This document shows, one piece after another, positions 41,326-52,271 of a DNA stretch of 64,000 nt. Under the pieces are notes generated by a model. The model did no database searches and was not told the origin of the DNA. It saw nothing but the letters and a program-made list of their open reading frames with translations. A program made the translations under genes and the position numbers. The stretch covers positions 480,001 through 544,000 of the forward strand of contig CAVUDP010000004.1 in the NCBI GenBank assembly GCA_963740315.1. Reading direction: 5' to 3'. This DNA is from an uncultured cyanobacterium. Its GTDB lineage: Bacteria; Cyanobacteriota; Cyanobacteriia; Cyanobacteriales; Nostocaceae. Positions within the stretch are counted from its first letter, which is position 1. Each line of letters begins with the position of its first letter.

Positions 41326-42759
41326 CTAAATACTATAACCATCCGAAAAACTCAGATTTGGTTGCTCGTTAGCATATGATAAAGGGTTTTCATTCCATGA
41401 AACTTGTGGTTTTTCGCAAACAATAATAGTTTTATCAAAAGGAATAACGCACCAAATTTCTCGGCAATATGAAATATATAAGTTAAGCTTTTGTTCGTTG
41501 AATTTAACTCCTATAAAACGAGCAAATTCAAACAGTGCTGCTGAAGCTACAAATTCATTGTTGTTCAAAATATACTCGTAGTTGAAATATAGTAAAATAA
41601 AATCTTTGTCTAAAGCATCTCTTAAATCGTACCTTAATGCAGAATATAGAAACTTTGTAATACTTTCTAAGTTGGAATTTATATCTTGGTTAAATATTCT
41701 TTTAATACTGCTTTCCAAATCACCTTCTATAAAATTATTTAAAACTTCATTTAGTTCAGATTTTAATAATCTCAGAGCAGTTGTAATTACTGGTTTTGTT
41801 AGAGCATAATCAAAAGGAAGCAATAGAAAATCCCAGTACAGAGATTTTAATTTTTCTGCCAGATATTTATTCTCGCTTTGTTTCAAAAAGTGCGATCGCT
41901 CAAAAAATCCTAGATGTGCTGTGTAGAAACTAGGTACAAAAATAATTTCTGGTATTTCCTCTTCTGCATACCTATATAATTCTTGAATAGCTTTAGTTGC
42001 TTCTTTTTTATTTATAGGTGTATTGATTAAATTTAACCACCGTTGTTTAGTTTCAAAAAGTTCTGTTTCCTGTTCTAGAGTTAAACAATATATACTTTTC
42101 TCCGCACATCTATATCTGTAATGGATAAAATCAGCTTTCTGATGATTAAAATGAATGGAAATATAGTGTTGATTATGATGTTGTAAACCATAACAAGCCT
42201 GTTCGGTAAAATCTGCAATTTCTGCAATTGAATCGGCAAGGTTATTATATCTTTTACGGTTCTTAAAAAGCTCATTTTGATTATTTATGCTATTGAAACT
42301 TTTCTGATTACCCTGCTTATTTTTAAATTCTTTATCAAAATCAAAATATTCGTAAAAATCATCATCGTATAATACGATTACAGGACATCCATCTATTCCC
42401 AGAGGAATTGCAAAGAATTCTCCTCCAAATTCTCCTGAAAACCAGAAAATAATTAAAAAATATAAATTTTCTCCCTTCGATTGCAATTTTTGGATATTTT
42501 GAATAGTCGTTTCAAGAAGGTCAAAATTTACTGTCAAGCAATTATAGAAACCAGGATATTCAAGACAAATATCATCTGATAAACCATTTCGCCATTGATA
42601 AAGTTCGTAAACTTCTTGAGGTAATTTAAAGGGTAAATCTTTGGTTAGCTCATCAATTTCTTCAGACTTTAAACCGGGTTTAAGTAAATTTTTAACTTCT
42701 GGTGCTTTTTGTTCTATACAATCCCAGATTCGCTTTAAATTATTTTGGATTGCTGTCAT
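41326..42759 (-). CDS. SMI1/KNR4-like domain fused to a DUF6745-like C-terminal domain
   Basis: LKPGLKSEEI...LPQEVYELYQWRNG; C-terminal IPFDKTIIVCEKP...FSDGYSI. Confidence 0.6.
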   Translation of the reverse strand: MTAIQNNLKRIWDCIEQKAPEVKNLLKPGLKSEEIDELTKDLPFKLPQEVYELYQWRNGLSDDICLEYPGFYNCLTVNFDLLETTIQNIQKLQSKGENLYFLIIFWFSGEFGGEFFAIPLGIDGCPVIVLYDDDFYEYFDFDKEFKNKQGNQKSFNSINNQNELFKNRKRYNNLADSIAEIADFTEQACYGLQHHNQHYISIHFNHQKADFIHYRYRCAEKSIYCLTLEQETELFETKQRWLNLINTPINKKEATKAIQELYRYAEEEIPEIIFVPSFYTAHLGFFERSHFLKQSENKYLAEKLKSLYWDFLLLPFDYALTKPVITTALRLLKSELNEVLNNFIEGDLESSIKRIFNQDINSNLESITKFLYSALRYDLRDALDKDFILLYFNYEYILNNNEFVASAALFEFARFIGVKFNEQKLNLYISYCREIWCVIPFDKTIIVCEKPQVSWNENPLSYANEQPNLSFSDGYSI

Positions 42760-42838
42760 AGTAATAATTTGGATGACGCAAAATTAAACATCTTTCTTTT
42801 AATATTTACATAGAAAATTTGGAATACAAATTAGTCTT

Positions 42839-42948
42839 GTGGGATGGGCTTCCAGCCCGTCTTTTATGTCAACAACCTGCTTTGTATTTAACTTTATCAA
42901 GAACTTCTATATTTCGGTGCGTTAGGCTGAAGCCGTAACACACCCTAC
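42839..42948. repeat. Two REP-like hairpins
   Basis: GTGGGATGGGCT-TCC-AGCCCGTC and GGTGCGTTAGGC-TGAA-GCCGTAACACACCCTAC. Confidence 0.6.
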
Positions 42949-42970
42949 CAACTGCTTACTGCTCACCGAT

Positions 42971-43879
42971 CTAAGGAATCGCTACCACCCGTAACAAACG
43001 TTCCATTACACTTTGCGCTCTCCTTCCTCCCACGGCAATCAAACGATGACTCAAAACATGAGGAGCGATATATTTCACGTCATCGGGAATTGCATATTCG
43101 CGCCCCGAAAGATACGCAAAAGCTTGGGTGGCGCGGTGTAATGCGACAGTTCCCCTTGGACTAGCACCGAGAGTAATTTCTTCGTCACACCTTGTGGCTC
43201 GTACCAAGTCGAGCATATATTGCTGCAATGAAGCTTCTACTTTGATACCAGCACAAATTCGCTGTAATTGTTCAACTTCGGCTAAGGTTATACAAGGTTT
43301 TAAGTCGGTAAATTTACTGCCATTCTGAAGTCTAGATAGCATTTGTAACTCTTCTTGCTCCGTAGGATAACCCAAGCTCAAGGACAGCATAAATCGATCC
43401 ATTTGCGCTTCCGGCAAGGGAAAAGTACCTTGATATTCGACGGGGTTTTGGGTAGCGATGACGAAAAACGGTGTGGGAACGGCACGAGAGATACTATCAA
43501 CTGTTACCTGCCCTTCTTCCATAACTTCTAGCAAGGCAGATTGAGCCCGGGGTGTAGCGCGGTTGATTTCGTCTGCTAGCATTACGTTGGCGAAAATCGG
43601 ACCTTCGAGAAAAGTGAATTCACCAGTTTTAGGATTCCAAATGTTAGTGCCCGTAATATCAGTCGGTAGCAAATCTGGCGTGCATTGTAACCGTTGAAAC
43701 TTACCATCAACGGAACGAGCTAAGGATTTTGCCAGCAGGGTTTTACCTACTCCAGGTACATCTTCAAGCAAAGCGTGTCCGCCACCTAACAAGGCAACTA
43801 ATACCAAGCGAATAGCTTCGGATTTACCAACAATAGTACGAGCTAAATTTTGTGTCAGAGCGTCAATTTTATCTCTCAT
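42971..43879 (-). CDS. MoxR family AAA+ ATPase
   Basis: EDVPGVGKT, TPDLLPTD, ADEINRA, ATQNPVEYQGTFPLPEAQMDRF, GASPR. Confidence 0.95.
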   Translation of the reverse strand: MRDKIDALTQNLARTIVGKSEAIRLVLVALLGGGHALLEDVPGVGKTLLAKSLARSVDGKFQRLQCTPDLLPTDITGTNIWNPKTGEFTFLEGPIFANVMLADEINRATPRAQSALLEVMEEGQVTVDSISRAVPTPFFVIATQNPVEYQGTFPLPEAQMDRFMLSLSLGYPTEQEELQMLSRLQNGSKFTDLKPCITLAEVEQLQRICAGIKVEASLQQYMLDLVRATRCDEEITLGASPRGTVALHRATQAFAYLSGREYAIPDDVKYIAPHVLSHRLIAVGGRRAQSVMERLLRVVAIP

Positions 43880-44031
43880 GCACCAGACAGGATTTTGGAT
43901 TTTGGATTTTAGATTTTGGATTGGGAGTTAGGAGTGATTAGTTAGAAGTTAGGAGTTAATAAAATTATCTATCCCTATCTCCCCATCTCCCTATGCCCAA
44001 CCTAATCTATTGTTCCCACAGTTGGAGTAAA

Positions 44032-45021
44032 CTAACGCGCTTGTCTGAAAAAGTTTCTAGCGGCATTGCAGTCGAGTTGAATTTGAGCTTTGAGGGCTTC
44101 TAATGATGGAAATTTTTGTTCTGCTCTGAGAAATTTTTCTAATTGGATTTCCAGTTTTCGATCGTATAAATCTCCAGTAAAATCTAAAAGATGTACTTCT
44201 ACTGTGAGATGAGTACCGTTTACGGTGGGGCGATCGCCGATGTTCATGACTCCCCAGCGGTTGTTTAAGGTGGTATCTGGGGTGTTGATATCGCTAACTC
44301 GGACGGCGTAAACTCCTTTTCGGGGTAAAAACTTATTTTGCGGTAATTGCAGGTTGGCGGTGGGAAAACCGATGGTTCTACCAAGCTGCTGTCCTTTGAC
44401 TACTGTACCGATAAGAGTGTAAGGTCTTCCCAACATTCGGTTGGCTCTTTCAATGTCGCCAGCTTCAAGTGTTTGGCGAATTAGTGAAGTGCTGATGCGA
44501 TCGTGTTGCACGAGTAAATTGTCTTCGTGAGTTTCCAAGGGAACGATTGTTACGGGAATACCATATTTGGCAACAAGTACCTGTAAATCCATTGCATTAC
44601 CGCTACGTTGGGAACCAAAGCAAAAGTCTTGTCCAACGCTGATTCTAGAGGCTCGCAATTTCTCTACGATTATTTGTTCTACGAACTGTTCGGGAGTCAA
44701 AGCCGATAATTCTTCGTTGAAGGGGATTATTACAAGTTGTTCTACCCCAAGCAGTTCTAAATGTTGGACTTTTTCATCCAAAGGAGTCAACAATCTTCTG
44801 GGTTTTCCCGTAAAAAATTCTTGAGGATGCGGAAGAAATGTAATAACTGTTGGGTAAATGCGTTCTGCGTCTGCTGATTTATGCAAAATTGGTTGGATTA
44901 CTCTTTGATGACCGCGATGAACGCCATCAAACTTACCAAGAGCAACAGCAGTAGGAGTTTTGATCGATTCGGTTGAAGATGTTACCCACACAGAACACCC
45001 ATTTTTAGACAAATTAGCCAC
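44032..45021 (-). CDS. ribF: Bifunctional riboflavin kinase / FAD synthetase
   Basis: GKFDGVHRGH, ISTSLIR, GRTIGFPTANL, EVHLL, LRAEQKF. Confidence 0.95.
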   Translation of the reverse strand: MANLSKNGCSVWVTSSTESIKTPTAVALGKFDGVHRGHQRVIQPILHKSADAERIYPTVITFLPHPQEFFTGKPRRLLTPLDEKVQHLELLGVEQLVIIPFNEELSALTPEQFVEQIIVEKLRASRISVGQDFCFGSQRSGNAMDLQVLVAKYGIPVTIVPLETHEDNLLVQHDRISTSLIRQTLEAGDIERANRMLGRPYTLIGTVVKGQQLGRTIGFPTANLQLPQNKFLPRKGVYAVRVSDINTPDTTLNNRWGVMNIGDRPTVNGTHLTVEVHLLDFTGDLYDRKLEIQLEKFLRAEQKFPSLEALKAQIQLDCNAARNFFRQAR

Positions 45022-45055
45022 GTCAATTTTGGGACAAGAGGTTGATCGAGGATAT

Positions 45056-45080
45056 GTAGAGACGTAGCAGTGCTACGTCT
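45056..45080. repeat. GTAG-type REP hairpin
   Basis: GTAG-AGACGTAGCA-G-TGCTACGTCT. Confidence 0.75.
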
Positions 45081-45254
45081 TCACCCAAATTAGGAGTTAA
45101 GAGTATTGAGTTATGAGTTATGAGTGAAAAATTCAGCCATCACCGATTACCCATCACCATTATCTATTCCCAATTCGCCATAGTGTAACTAAGGCTCTCG
45201 AATACCAATTTAATCCAAATTCTATAATCAATCTGAGATAAAGCGATATTTTAA

Positions 45255-46141
45255 CTACCTACTAATAGGAAAAGTTTTTGATAAAGGTACATTCATCGGA
45301 ACGTTTAGTACCATTCCTTCCTTTGCCATGACTGCACCGGGAAATTTTGCGAGGGCTTCTTGTCCAATGCCATCTAAAAATTCATCGTCATGAGATGGAT
45401 CGTGATGGAAAATGACTAAAGTTTTAACGTTCGCGGCTTTAGCTATTTTAACGGCTTCTTGCCATGTGGAATGTCCCCAGCCAATTTTGGGCGATCTAGG
45501 CGAATAATATTCCTCATCGGTATAAGTTGAATCATAAATTAAAATATCGGCGTTATTGGCAAGCTTTAAAACATTTTCGTCCAACTTATCAGAAAAATGT
45601 TCGGTGTCCGTAACGTAGACAGCAGAACCACCTTGCCAATTAACTCGGTATCCTACCGATTCACCCGGATGGTTTAGCGGTGCGGTTTCTATGGCAATAT
45701 CTTCTATATGAATTGTTTTTCCAGGTTTTACCTCGCTAAAATCCAAGTTGGATTGCATAATCTGCAAAGGTACTGGAAAATTCGGGTGCAGCATCTGGTC
45801 GTTTAGACGTTGTTCTACGGTAGAACCATCAGGCGCTACTGCACCATAAATGTGAAATTTATTACCCGCAACGAATCCAGGAACAAAAAACGGGAATCCC
45901 TGGACGTGATCCCAATGAGAATGGGTGAAGAAAATATAAGCTTCTAAGGGCATTTTAGGCAATAAAGATTGTCCTAAAACGTGAATTCCCGTGCCTCCAT
46001 CGAAGATAAAGCGTTTGTCGCCCACTTGCATCTCGACACAAGGGGTATTACCTCCATAACGAACGGTTTGGGAACCGGACAGGGAATACTGCCACGAACA
46101 CCCCAAAATTTTACGGTAAATTGATTCTCTGTCCTAGACAT
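45255..46141 (-). CDS. MBL-fold metallo-hydrolase, frameshift (one base missing) at ~46075-46078
   Basis: THSHWDH, HPG, TDTEH, GHS, FHHDP. The true N-terminus MSRTENQFTVKFWGVRGSIPCP joins GSQTVRYGGNT if one base is added. Confidence 0.85.
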
Positions 46142-46433
46142 GAGTGTTGCTTGTCAAGATTGAGCGGGCGAACAATACAAAAAACTTTACTACCTATAGC
46201 TCAATTAATACTATCTAACAATTTCTTGTAGAAAGGGAAATTAAGCGGTTGCAACATAACATATTTTTCAAGAGTTTTTCGCGCTTTAATGCGAGCCACT
46301 TTTAAACTTATGCTGCGATTAATTCAACTATACGTCTGTATGTTTTCTTTATAGACGTTTTTACTTTATAACCTATATTTTCCAGTAATGCATTTAACCT
46401 CCGAAAAAGCTTAACTTATTGCCTATATATCTT

Positions 46434-47231
46434 TTACTGAAACTGGAATTCCCACTCAGACAAGTGTTTGAGTCCTTCTGGATAAGTGAGATTGTAATGT
46501 AAAGGAGTAATACTGATGTAGTTATCGCGGATAACACGTACATCAATAGGTATATTTTCGGGTAAATTAAAACTGACTGGCGGCTCTACATCTTCAAGAA
46601 CTTCTCCGGTTAACCAATAGTAAGTTTTACCTCTTGGATCTATTCGTTTATCAAACACGTCAACGTAGCGGCGCACTCCTTGACGGGTGAATTTAACACC
46701 TTTGATTTGTGATGATTTGACTGCGGGGATGTTAACGTTAAGTAAAATTGAATCCGGTAAAGATTTTAATCGTAGTTGTTCTACAAGTATTTTGGCAAAG
46801 TTCGCCGCAGTTGCAAAATCCTGGGAAGAGTAGCTAGTAAGGCTAAATGCAACGCTAGGGATTCCTTCAATCAAGCCTTCCATCGCCGCCGAAACAGTAC
46901 CAGAATAAAGAATTTCGGTTCCCAAGTTAGCACCTTGATTAATCCCAGAAAGAACTAATTCGGGGGGTGAATCTAACAAAGCCCACAGCGCCAATTTTAC
47001 GCAGTCAGAAGGAGTCCCATCACAAGCCCAAGCCTTGATATTAGGATGAAACACCGATTCGATAATTTCAGCACGAATAGGTTGATGCAAAGTCAATCCA
47101 TGTCCCGTTGCGGAACGTTCCCTATCCGGGCAAACTACACTCACATCATGACCAGCTTCTGCCATAGTATTAGCTAAGGTACGTATCCCTTTAGCGTAAA
47201 CACCGTCATCATTAGAAATTAATAATCTCAT
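46434..47231 (-). CDS. surE: 5'/3'-nucleotidase SurE
   Basis: [35 protein letters not shown]. Confidence 0.96.
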   Translation of the reverse strand: MRLLISNDDGVYAKGIRTLANTMAEAGHDVSVVCPDRERSATGHGLTLHQPIRAEIIESVFHPNIKAWACDGTPSDCVKLALWALLDSPPELVLSGINQGANLGTEILYSGTVSAAMEGLIEGIPSVAFSLTSYSSQDFATAANFAKILVEQLRLKSLPDSILLNVNIPAVKSSQIKGVKFTRQGVRRYVDVFDKRIDPRGKTYYWLTGEVLEDVEPPVSFNLPENIPIDVRVIRDNYISITPLHYNLTYPEGLKHLSEWEFQFQ

Positions 47232-47232
47232 T

Positions 47233-47553
47233 ATTAGTTAGTTGTTAGTTGATAGTTGATAGTTGATAGTTGTTAGTTGCTATTCACATATTGCACTAAT
47301 TGCGATAACTGGAGGGAGAGGGGGTGATGGGGTGATGGGGTGATGGGGTGATGGGGTGATGGGGTGATGGGGAGACAAGGAGACAAGGGGACAAGGGGAA
47401 AGAATAAATAATTATAAGCAATTACCAATCACCAATTCCCAATTCCCTTCGGTCCAATTCCCCTTTAAATGGCATTATAAAAGCGTGTGAGATATTGCCC
47501 GATCCATCCGTGGGGTCGATCTAAAATCCAAAATCCAAAATCTAAAATCCAAA
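47233..47553. repeat. STRR arrays in the surE-pheS divergent spacer
   Basis: (WTAGTTG)n 47235-47279, (GGGGTGAT)n 47321-47372, (TCYAAAA)n 47520-47554. Confidence 0.88.
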
Positions 47554-47565
47554 ATTGTTTGACTG

Positions 47566-48561
47566 ATGACTAACGATTTACAATCTCAATTAGAAGAATT
47601 ACGTATTGAAGCCCAGAAAGCAATAAGTAGCGCTGATTCTTTGGAAAGCTTGGAGAAACTTAGGGTTGATTATCTGGGTAAAAAAGGTCAGTTAGGTGTT
47701 CTGCTGCGCGGTATGGGGAAATTAAGCGCTGAAGAAAGACCACAAGTTGGCGCGATCGCTAATGTTGTTAAGGAAGCTTTACAAAATAATTTAGATAAGC
47801 AGCGTGTGGCTTTGGAAACTGCGAAAATCCAAGCGCAGATTGAAGCGGAAACGATTGATGTGACGATGCCCGGTGTTTTTCGTCCCCAAGGTCGCATTCA
47901 TCCGCTGAATGGTGTTATTGACCGAACTCTGGATATTTTTGTGGGTATGGGTTATACGGTTGCTGCGGGACCGGAAATGGAAAGCGATTATTATAATTTT
48001 GAAGCGCTCAATACTCCCCCAGATCATCCCGCTCGCGATATGCAAGATACGTTTTATCTTCCCGACGGCAATCTGCTGCGAACTCAAACTTCTTCGGTAC
48101 AAATTCGATTCATGGAAGAAAGCGAACCCCCGATTCGTATTATTGCACCGGGACGAGTTTACCGAAGAGATAATGTAGACGCAACTCACGCAGCGGTTTT
48201 CCATCAAATCGAACTTTTGGCAGTTGACGAAGGATTAACTTTTACCGATCTTAAAGGCACCATCAAAGAGTTTTTAGAAGCGATGTTTGGTGAAATCGAA
48301 GATATTCGTTTCCGCGCCAGTTACTTCCCATTCACCGAACCTTCAGCAGAAGTTGATTTAAGGTGGAACGGACGCTGGTTAGAAGTAATGGGTTGCGGAA
48401 TGGTAGATCCAAATGTATTAAAAGCTGTAGGTTACGATCCAGAAGTATACACCGGATTCGCCGCAGGTTTTGGTGTAGAGCGCTTTGCAATGGTGTTACA
48501 CCAACTTGATGATATCCGCCGCGTGTATTCTAGCGATTTGCGGTTTTTACAGCAATTTTAA
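47566..48561 (+). CDS. pheS: Phenylalanine-tRNA ligase alpha subunit
   Basis: [46 protein letters not shown]. Confidence 0.97.
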   Translation: MTNDLQSQLEELRIEAQKAISSADSLESLEKLRVDYLGKKGQLGVLLRGMGKLSAEERPQVGAIANVVKEALQNNLDKQRVALETAKIQAQIEAETIDVTMPGVFRPQGRIHPLNGVIDRTLDIFVGMGYTVAAGPEMESDYYNFEALNTPPDHPARDMQDTFYLPDGNLLRTQTSSVQIRFMEESEPPIRIIAPGRVYRRDNVDATHAAVFHQIELLAVDEGLTFTDLKGTIKEFLEAMFGEIEDIRFRASYFPFTEPSAEVDLRWNGRWLEVMGCGMVDPNVLKAVGYDPEVYTGFAAGFGVERFAMVLHQLDDIRRVYSSDLRFLQQF

Positions 48562-48567
48562 ATTGAT

Positions 48568-48627
48568 GTTAGTTGTTAGTTGTTAGTTGATAGTTGATAG
48601 TTGTTCCACTAACTACTAACCACTAAC
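48568..48627. repeat. Head-to-head STRR heptamers forming a hairpin between pheS and recQ
   Basis: (GTTAGTT)n followed by the complementary (ACTAACY)n. Confidence 0.75.
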
Positions 48628-50069
48628 TACTTTTTACAATTATCACAATGTCCGCAATGTAGGTTTGCTGCTTCTTTTTCAAATCCGAAAGCGGTTAATA
48701 AAAATTGCCAGCGACATTTTTTGGTTGTCAAATACTGCTGCATTTGATTTTGAGGGTGCGATCGCCGTTCTGTTTTTTTCGATTCTTTATTAATGCTGTA
48801 GTTAAACGGATCGATCCACTTTAATTTACCCATGCTGTGCAGTAATGATAAAGCTAAAGCCGCATCGGGAAATTTTTGCGCTACTGCTTCTACTTCCCCG
48901 GTGGGTGGTAATTTCTTAATTAATTGTTTGGCTGTCAGCTGTTGTTCTCTAAGCTTGTCTTCAAAAAATTTCTGTCTTTGCTTGTCTTCTGGATTCAATA
49001 ATCCGCTGGGTTCGCTAATTAATGTCAGCGCTTCTGCTGGTTTTCCGTCTCTTCCTGCGCGTCCAATTTCCTGTACGTATTCCGATAGTAACAACGGCGC
49101 TTGAAAGTGAATCACCCATCGCACATCGGGTTTGTTAATTCCCATACCGAAAGCTGAAGTACATACCACATAAGGTATTTTTCCACTCAACCAACTAGCT
49201 TCAATCGAGCGTCTTTCTTCCGCACCCAATCCACCATGATAGCCTTCTGTGCGATCGCCTTTCTCTCTCAACGATGCGGCTAAATTTTCACTATCTTTCC
49301 GGGTGCGAACGTAAATTAATCCACTTGTTTGTTGATTTTTGTGAATAAACTTTAACAATTGTTGCCGTCTTCCTTGTGGTGTCCAAATAATCCGGACGTT
49401 CGGGTTAAGATTGCTTCTATAAGGATTCAGTCTAAATACAGCAGGTTGCTGTAATCGCAAAGTTTCTGATATTACAGTTTGGGCTAAAGGGTCGGCAGTG
49501 GCGGTAAAAGCGGCTAGTGCTATTTTTGTTCCTCTTCTTTTTGACTTGAGTAGCGCTGGTCTTACTGCCCCTAATCTTCGATAAGCTGGTCTAAAGGTAT
49601 CGCCCCACTGCACTAAACAATGGGCTTCGTCTAATATTAAGCCGTTAATTTCAAGTTCTGGGTGAGATAATTTTTCCCAAACTGGAGGGCTAAGTAAAGT
49701 TTCTGGAGATAGGTAAAGCAATCTTAGCTGTTGTCTTTCCAAAGCCTGTAGAGTTTGGCGACGTTGGGAAGAAGATAGTTGACTGTGTAAAAGTGCAGCT
49801 TTGAGTTTGCGTTCTTTTAATTCCTGTACTTGGTTTTCCATCAGTGCTACTAAGGGAGAAACCACTAAAGTTAATCCAGTTTGTAACAGAGCGGGAAGTT
49901 GGAAGCAAATTGATTTACCCCCGCCAGTAGGCATAATAATTAATGTGTCTCTTTTTGCTAATAGACTTTGGACTATTTCGCCTTGGGGTGGACGGAAATC
50001 TTCATAGCCCCAAATTTGTTGGAATGTATTGCGAACCTGCTGCCAAGATGGAATTTGGGCTTGATTCAT
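48627..50069 (-). CDS. recQ: RecQ family ATP-dependent DNA helicase (short form)
   Basis: MPTGGGKS, DEAH, TATA, AFGMGI, QEIGRAGRDG, C-terminal CR...CGHCDNC; ATG 50069 preferred. Confidence 0.9.
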   Translation of the reverse strand: MNQAQIPSWQQVRNTFQQIWGYEDFRPPQGEIVQSLLAKRDTLIIMPTGGGKSICFQLPALLQTGLTLVVSPLVALMENQVQELKERKLKAALLHSQLSSSQRRQTLQALERQQLRLLYLSPETLLSPPVWEKLSHPELEINGLILDEAHCLVQWGDTFRPAYRRLGAVRPALLKSKRRGTKIALAAFTATADPLAQTVISETLRLQQPAVFRLNPYRSNLNPNVRIIWTPQGRRQQLLKFIHKNQQTSGLIYVRTRKDSENLAASLREKGDRTEGYHGGLGAEERRSIEASWLSGKIPYVVCTSAFGMGINKPDVRWVIHFQAPLLLSEYVQEIGRAGRDGKPAEALTLISEPSGLLNPEDKQRQKFFEDKLREQQLTAKQLIKKLPPTGEVEAVAQKFPDAALALSLLHSMGKLKWIDPFNYSINKESKKTERRSHPQNQMQQYLTTKKCRWQFLLTAFGFEKEAANLHCGHCDNCKK

Positions 50070-50299
50070 AGTAAGTAGATAGATACACCCTTTTCCTTGC
50101 ACACTTTTTATGCCGAGCTTTGAATATAGCTTTTATTAGTCACAGAGTGCTTCAGTATTTTCAACTATGATATTTTTAAGTTTTCGGATGGATTTTGGTG
50201 AGCCGGAAAATGGTTGATTAAAATAAATACCATCTTTTAAACGCAAAGGTACGCGGAGGTTAACGCGAAGTTACGCAAAGAGAGGAAGGGGTAAAGATA

Positions 50300-50410
50300 T
50301 TGATTTCTAAAGCTTTTATTCAAGAAAAAGGTAATGGGAAACTCAGAGATGAGGAGCAGCTTGTTAATGAAGAATTGAAGAGAAGAGGTATTTTAATTAG
50401 TTTTTATACT
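50300..50410 (+). pseudogene. Possible 5' remnant of an ATP-grasp (DUF4343-like) gene
   Basis: ISKAFIQEKGNGKLRDEEQLVNEELKRRGI resembles N-termini recalled for that family, then runs into the antisense of the methyltransferase. Confidence 0.35.
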
Positions 50411-51229
50411 TTTATAAGACAAAATAAAATAACGAATTATTCCCCAACGGCTTACTCTTTCGGCAAAATTAATTATTTTATCTTCTTTCTTTTGCAATTT
50501 TCGTACCAGGGAATAGGTTGGTAAAGTATTGCGGGTAATATCTTCTTCTATTAAAGTTGTAAAATTTGTATTTTTCGATAATTTGCGATAATTACTAAGG
50601 CTAAAATTAAGATCCACCTCTCCGAGGGTTTTTAATAAAGTATCTTTTGCTAACTCTGAACCTGCTTTTATGATGGGTTTAATTATTTGTCTGGGTACAA
50701 AGTCGCTCAGAGCAAGCATTCCCCCCGGTTTGAGAACTCGCGATGCTTCTTGAAAAAAGCGCTCTCGGCTGGGAAAATGAAATATACACTCCACAGCAAG
50801 TACTGCATCAAAAGAATTATCTTCAAAGGGTAATTCGCAAGCATTTCCTTCGATAAATTCAATATGATTTTGGGCACGAGGTTGAATTTGTTCTTTAGCT
50901 CTTGTTAATTGTCGCGAGTCAATATTTAATCCGGTTAGCTGCATATTATTGAAGCGATTATTTAAGCTGGCAATTGTTCCACCGAAGCCACAACCGCAGT
51001 CTAAAACGCGCATATTATCTGTGATTTTAGCGAAATTGTATACTTTTTGAGATAATTTCTCTGCTGCTTGAGTAAAGTTTTCTATGGAACCATCTGCTGT
51101 ATTTGGATTTTCCCAGTAACCCCAGTGGACGTGATTTCCAAAGCTTTGAATTATTTCTGTTTTACCTTGTTGAAAGTCTTTAAGTAGTGCGTCGAAGTAC
51201 GGTAGGTTGACTGTTTTTTCTTCAGACAT
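50393..51229 (-). CDS. Class I SAM-dependent methyltransferase
   Basis: HVHWGYW, VLDCGCGFGG, LPFEDNSFD, ECIFHF, VLKPGG. Confidence 0.9.
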   Translation of the reverse strand: MSEEKTVNLPYFDALLKDFQQGKTEIIQSFGNHVHWGYWENPNTADGSIENFTQAAEKLSQKVYNFAKITDNMRVLDCGCGFGGTIASLNNRFNNMQLTGLNIDSRQLTRAKEQIQPRAQNHIEFIEGNACELPFEDNSFDAVLAVECIFHFPSRERFFQEASRVLKPGGMLALSDFVPRQIIKPIIKAGSELAKDTLLKTLGEVDLNFSLSNYRKLSKNTNFTTLIEEDITRNTLPTYSLVRKLQKKEDKIINFAERVSRWGIIRYFILSYKSIKTN

Positions 51230-51232
51230 TTA

Positions 51233-51264
51233 GATCCCCCCAACCCCCCTTAACAAGGGGGGCT
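51233..51264. repeat. CCCCCCTT...AAGGGGGG palindromic dispersed repeat
   Basis: GATCCCCCCAACCCCCCTTAACAAGGGGGGCT; same type as 56024-56060. Confidence 0.7.
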
Positions 51265-51361
51265 TTTTGTGATTACATTTTATATTAATGCATTTGCAAC
51301 TTTGGAAAGTAAACCAGTTTAATGTTTAATATCGTAAAATCTAATAGAGAGAAAGGGTATA

Positions 51362-52222
51362 TCAATCACCACCTCCGCCACCACCACCTCCATCTCCTCC
51401 TCCGTCGCTACCTCCAGCACTACTGCCATCACCGGAGTTTGTACCATTTCCTTTAGTAGAATGCGGGGAAAGAAAATAGAATAAGAAGGGGGATAGAAAT
51501 ACTAAAATTATTGATAAAGAAAATAGAATTACTGAAAATATCGTAAATGCGCTAACTTCAATATTTGCTCCTAAATATTCATTGTCTAAAATAACCTTAA
51601 CTTCGATTTCTCTATAAGGCGGTATACTTCCAGTCGATAAAAATTCTACAATATGTTCATCTATTTGTTTTGCTGTAGTTGGTATATCATAACTCCTAAA
51701 AGATTGAATTTTGCGTGAAAAAGATTTTGGGAATGTAACTCTTACTTTGGCTTTATTAATAGAGGCGTTACGTTTTGGAAATATTGCTTTCCAATAAACT
51801 CCGTATTTTTCACCTTCAGAATACAAACCACCGATAACTCGATATTTTAAGGTAAAAAGATGTTCTTCTGGTGGATTTATTTCGTGTTGCCATCTAATCC
51901 AGAAATTATTATTTTCAATTCCGGTGTCAAATGGAATTTTTTTATCTTCTTCAAATACAGATACATCAGATATCCCTTCGATTTTATCTAAAGGTATATA
52001 GCGATATCGCTGATTTTTACCGGGTTTGGTAAATACGTATTTTTGATTTTCTGTAATCAGCATATCCCCATTAGTTTGAACATCAATATCTACATTGATA
52101 AAATCCCAATAGAAATAATAAGGATATGTTGCTGCTGTGGCTGGAGCTATATTACTTAAACTAATTAAGATTGCTAATAAAATAGAATAAATAATTTGAT
52201 ATATTTTTTGTGTGGTTTTCAT
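51362..52222 (-). CDS. DUF2207-like exported domain + TM + Gly-rich tail
   Basis: Signal peptide, INVDIDVQTNGDMLITE, YWKAIFP, TM, GGGDGGGGGGG. Confidence 0.7.
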   Translation of the reverse strand: MKTTQKIYQIIYSILLAILISLSNIAPATAATYPYYFYWDFINVDIDVQTNGDMLITENQKYVFTKPGKNQRYRYIPLDKIEGISDVSVFEEDKKIPFDTGIENNNFWIRWQHEINPPEEHLFTLKYRVIGGLYSEGEKYGVYWKAIFPKRNASINKAKVRVTFPKSFSRKIQSFRSYDIPTTAKQIDEHIVEFLSTGSIPPYREIEVKVILDNEYLGANIEVSAFTIFSVILFSLSIILVFLSPFLFYFLSPHSTKGNGTNSGDGSSAGGSDGGGDGGGGGGGGD

Positions 52223-52271
52223 TGCACAAAATACTTACAATAAAAATAGTTGCTCTAAGCTTATTAAAAAA

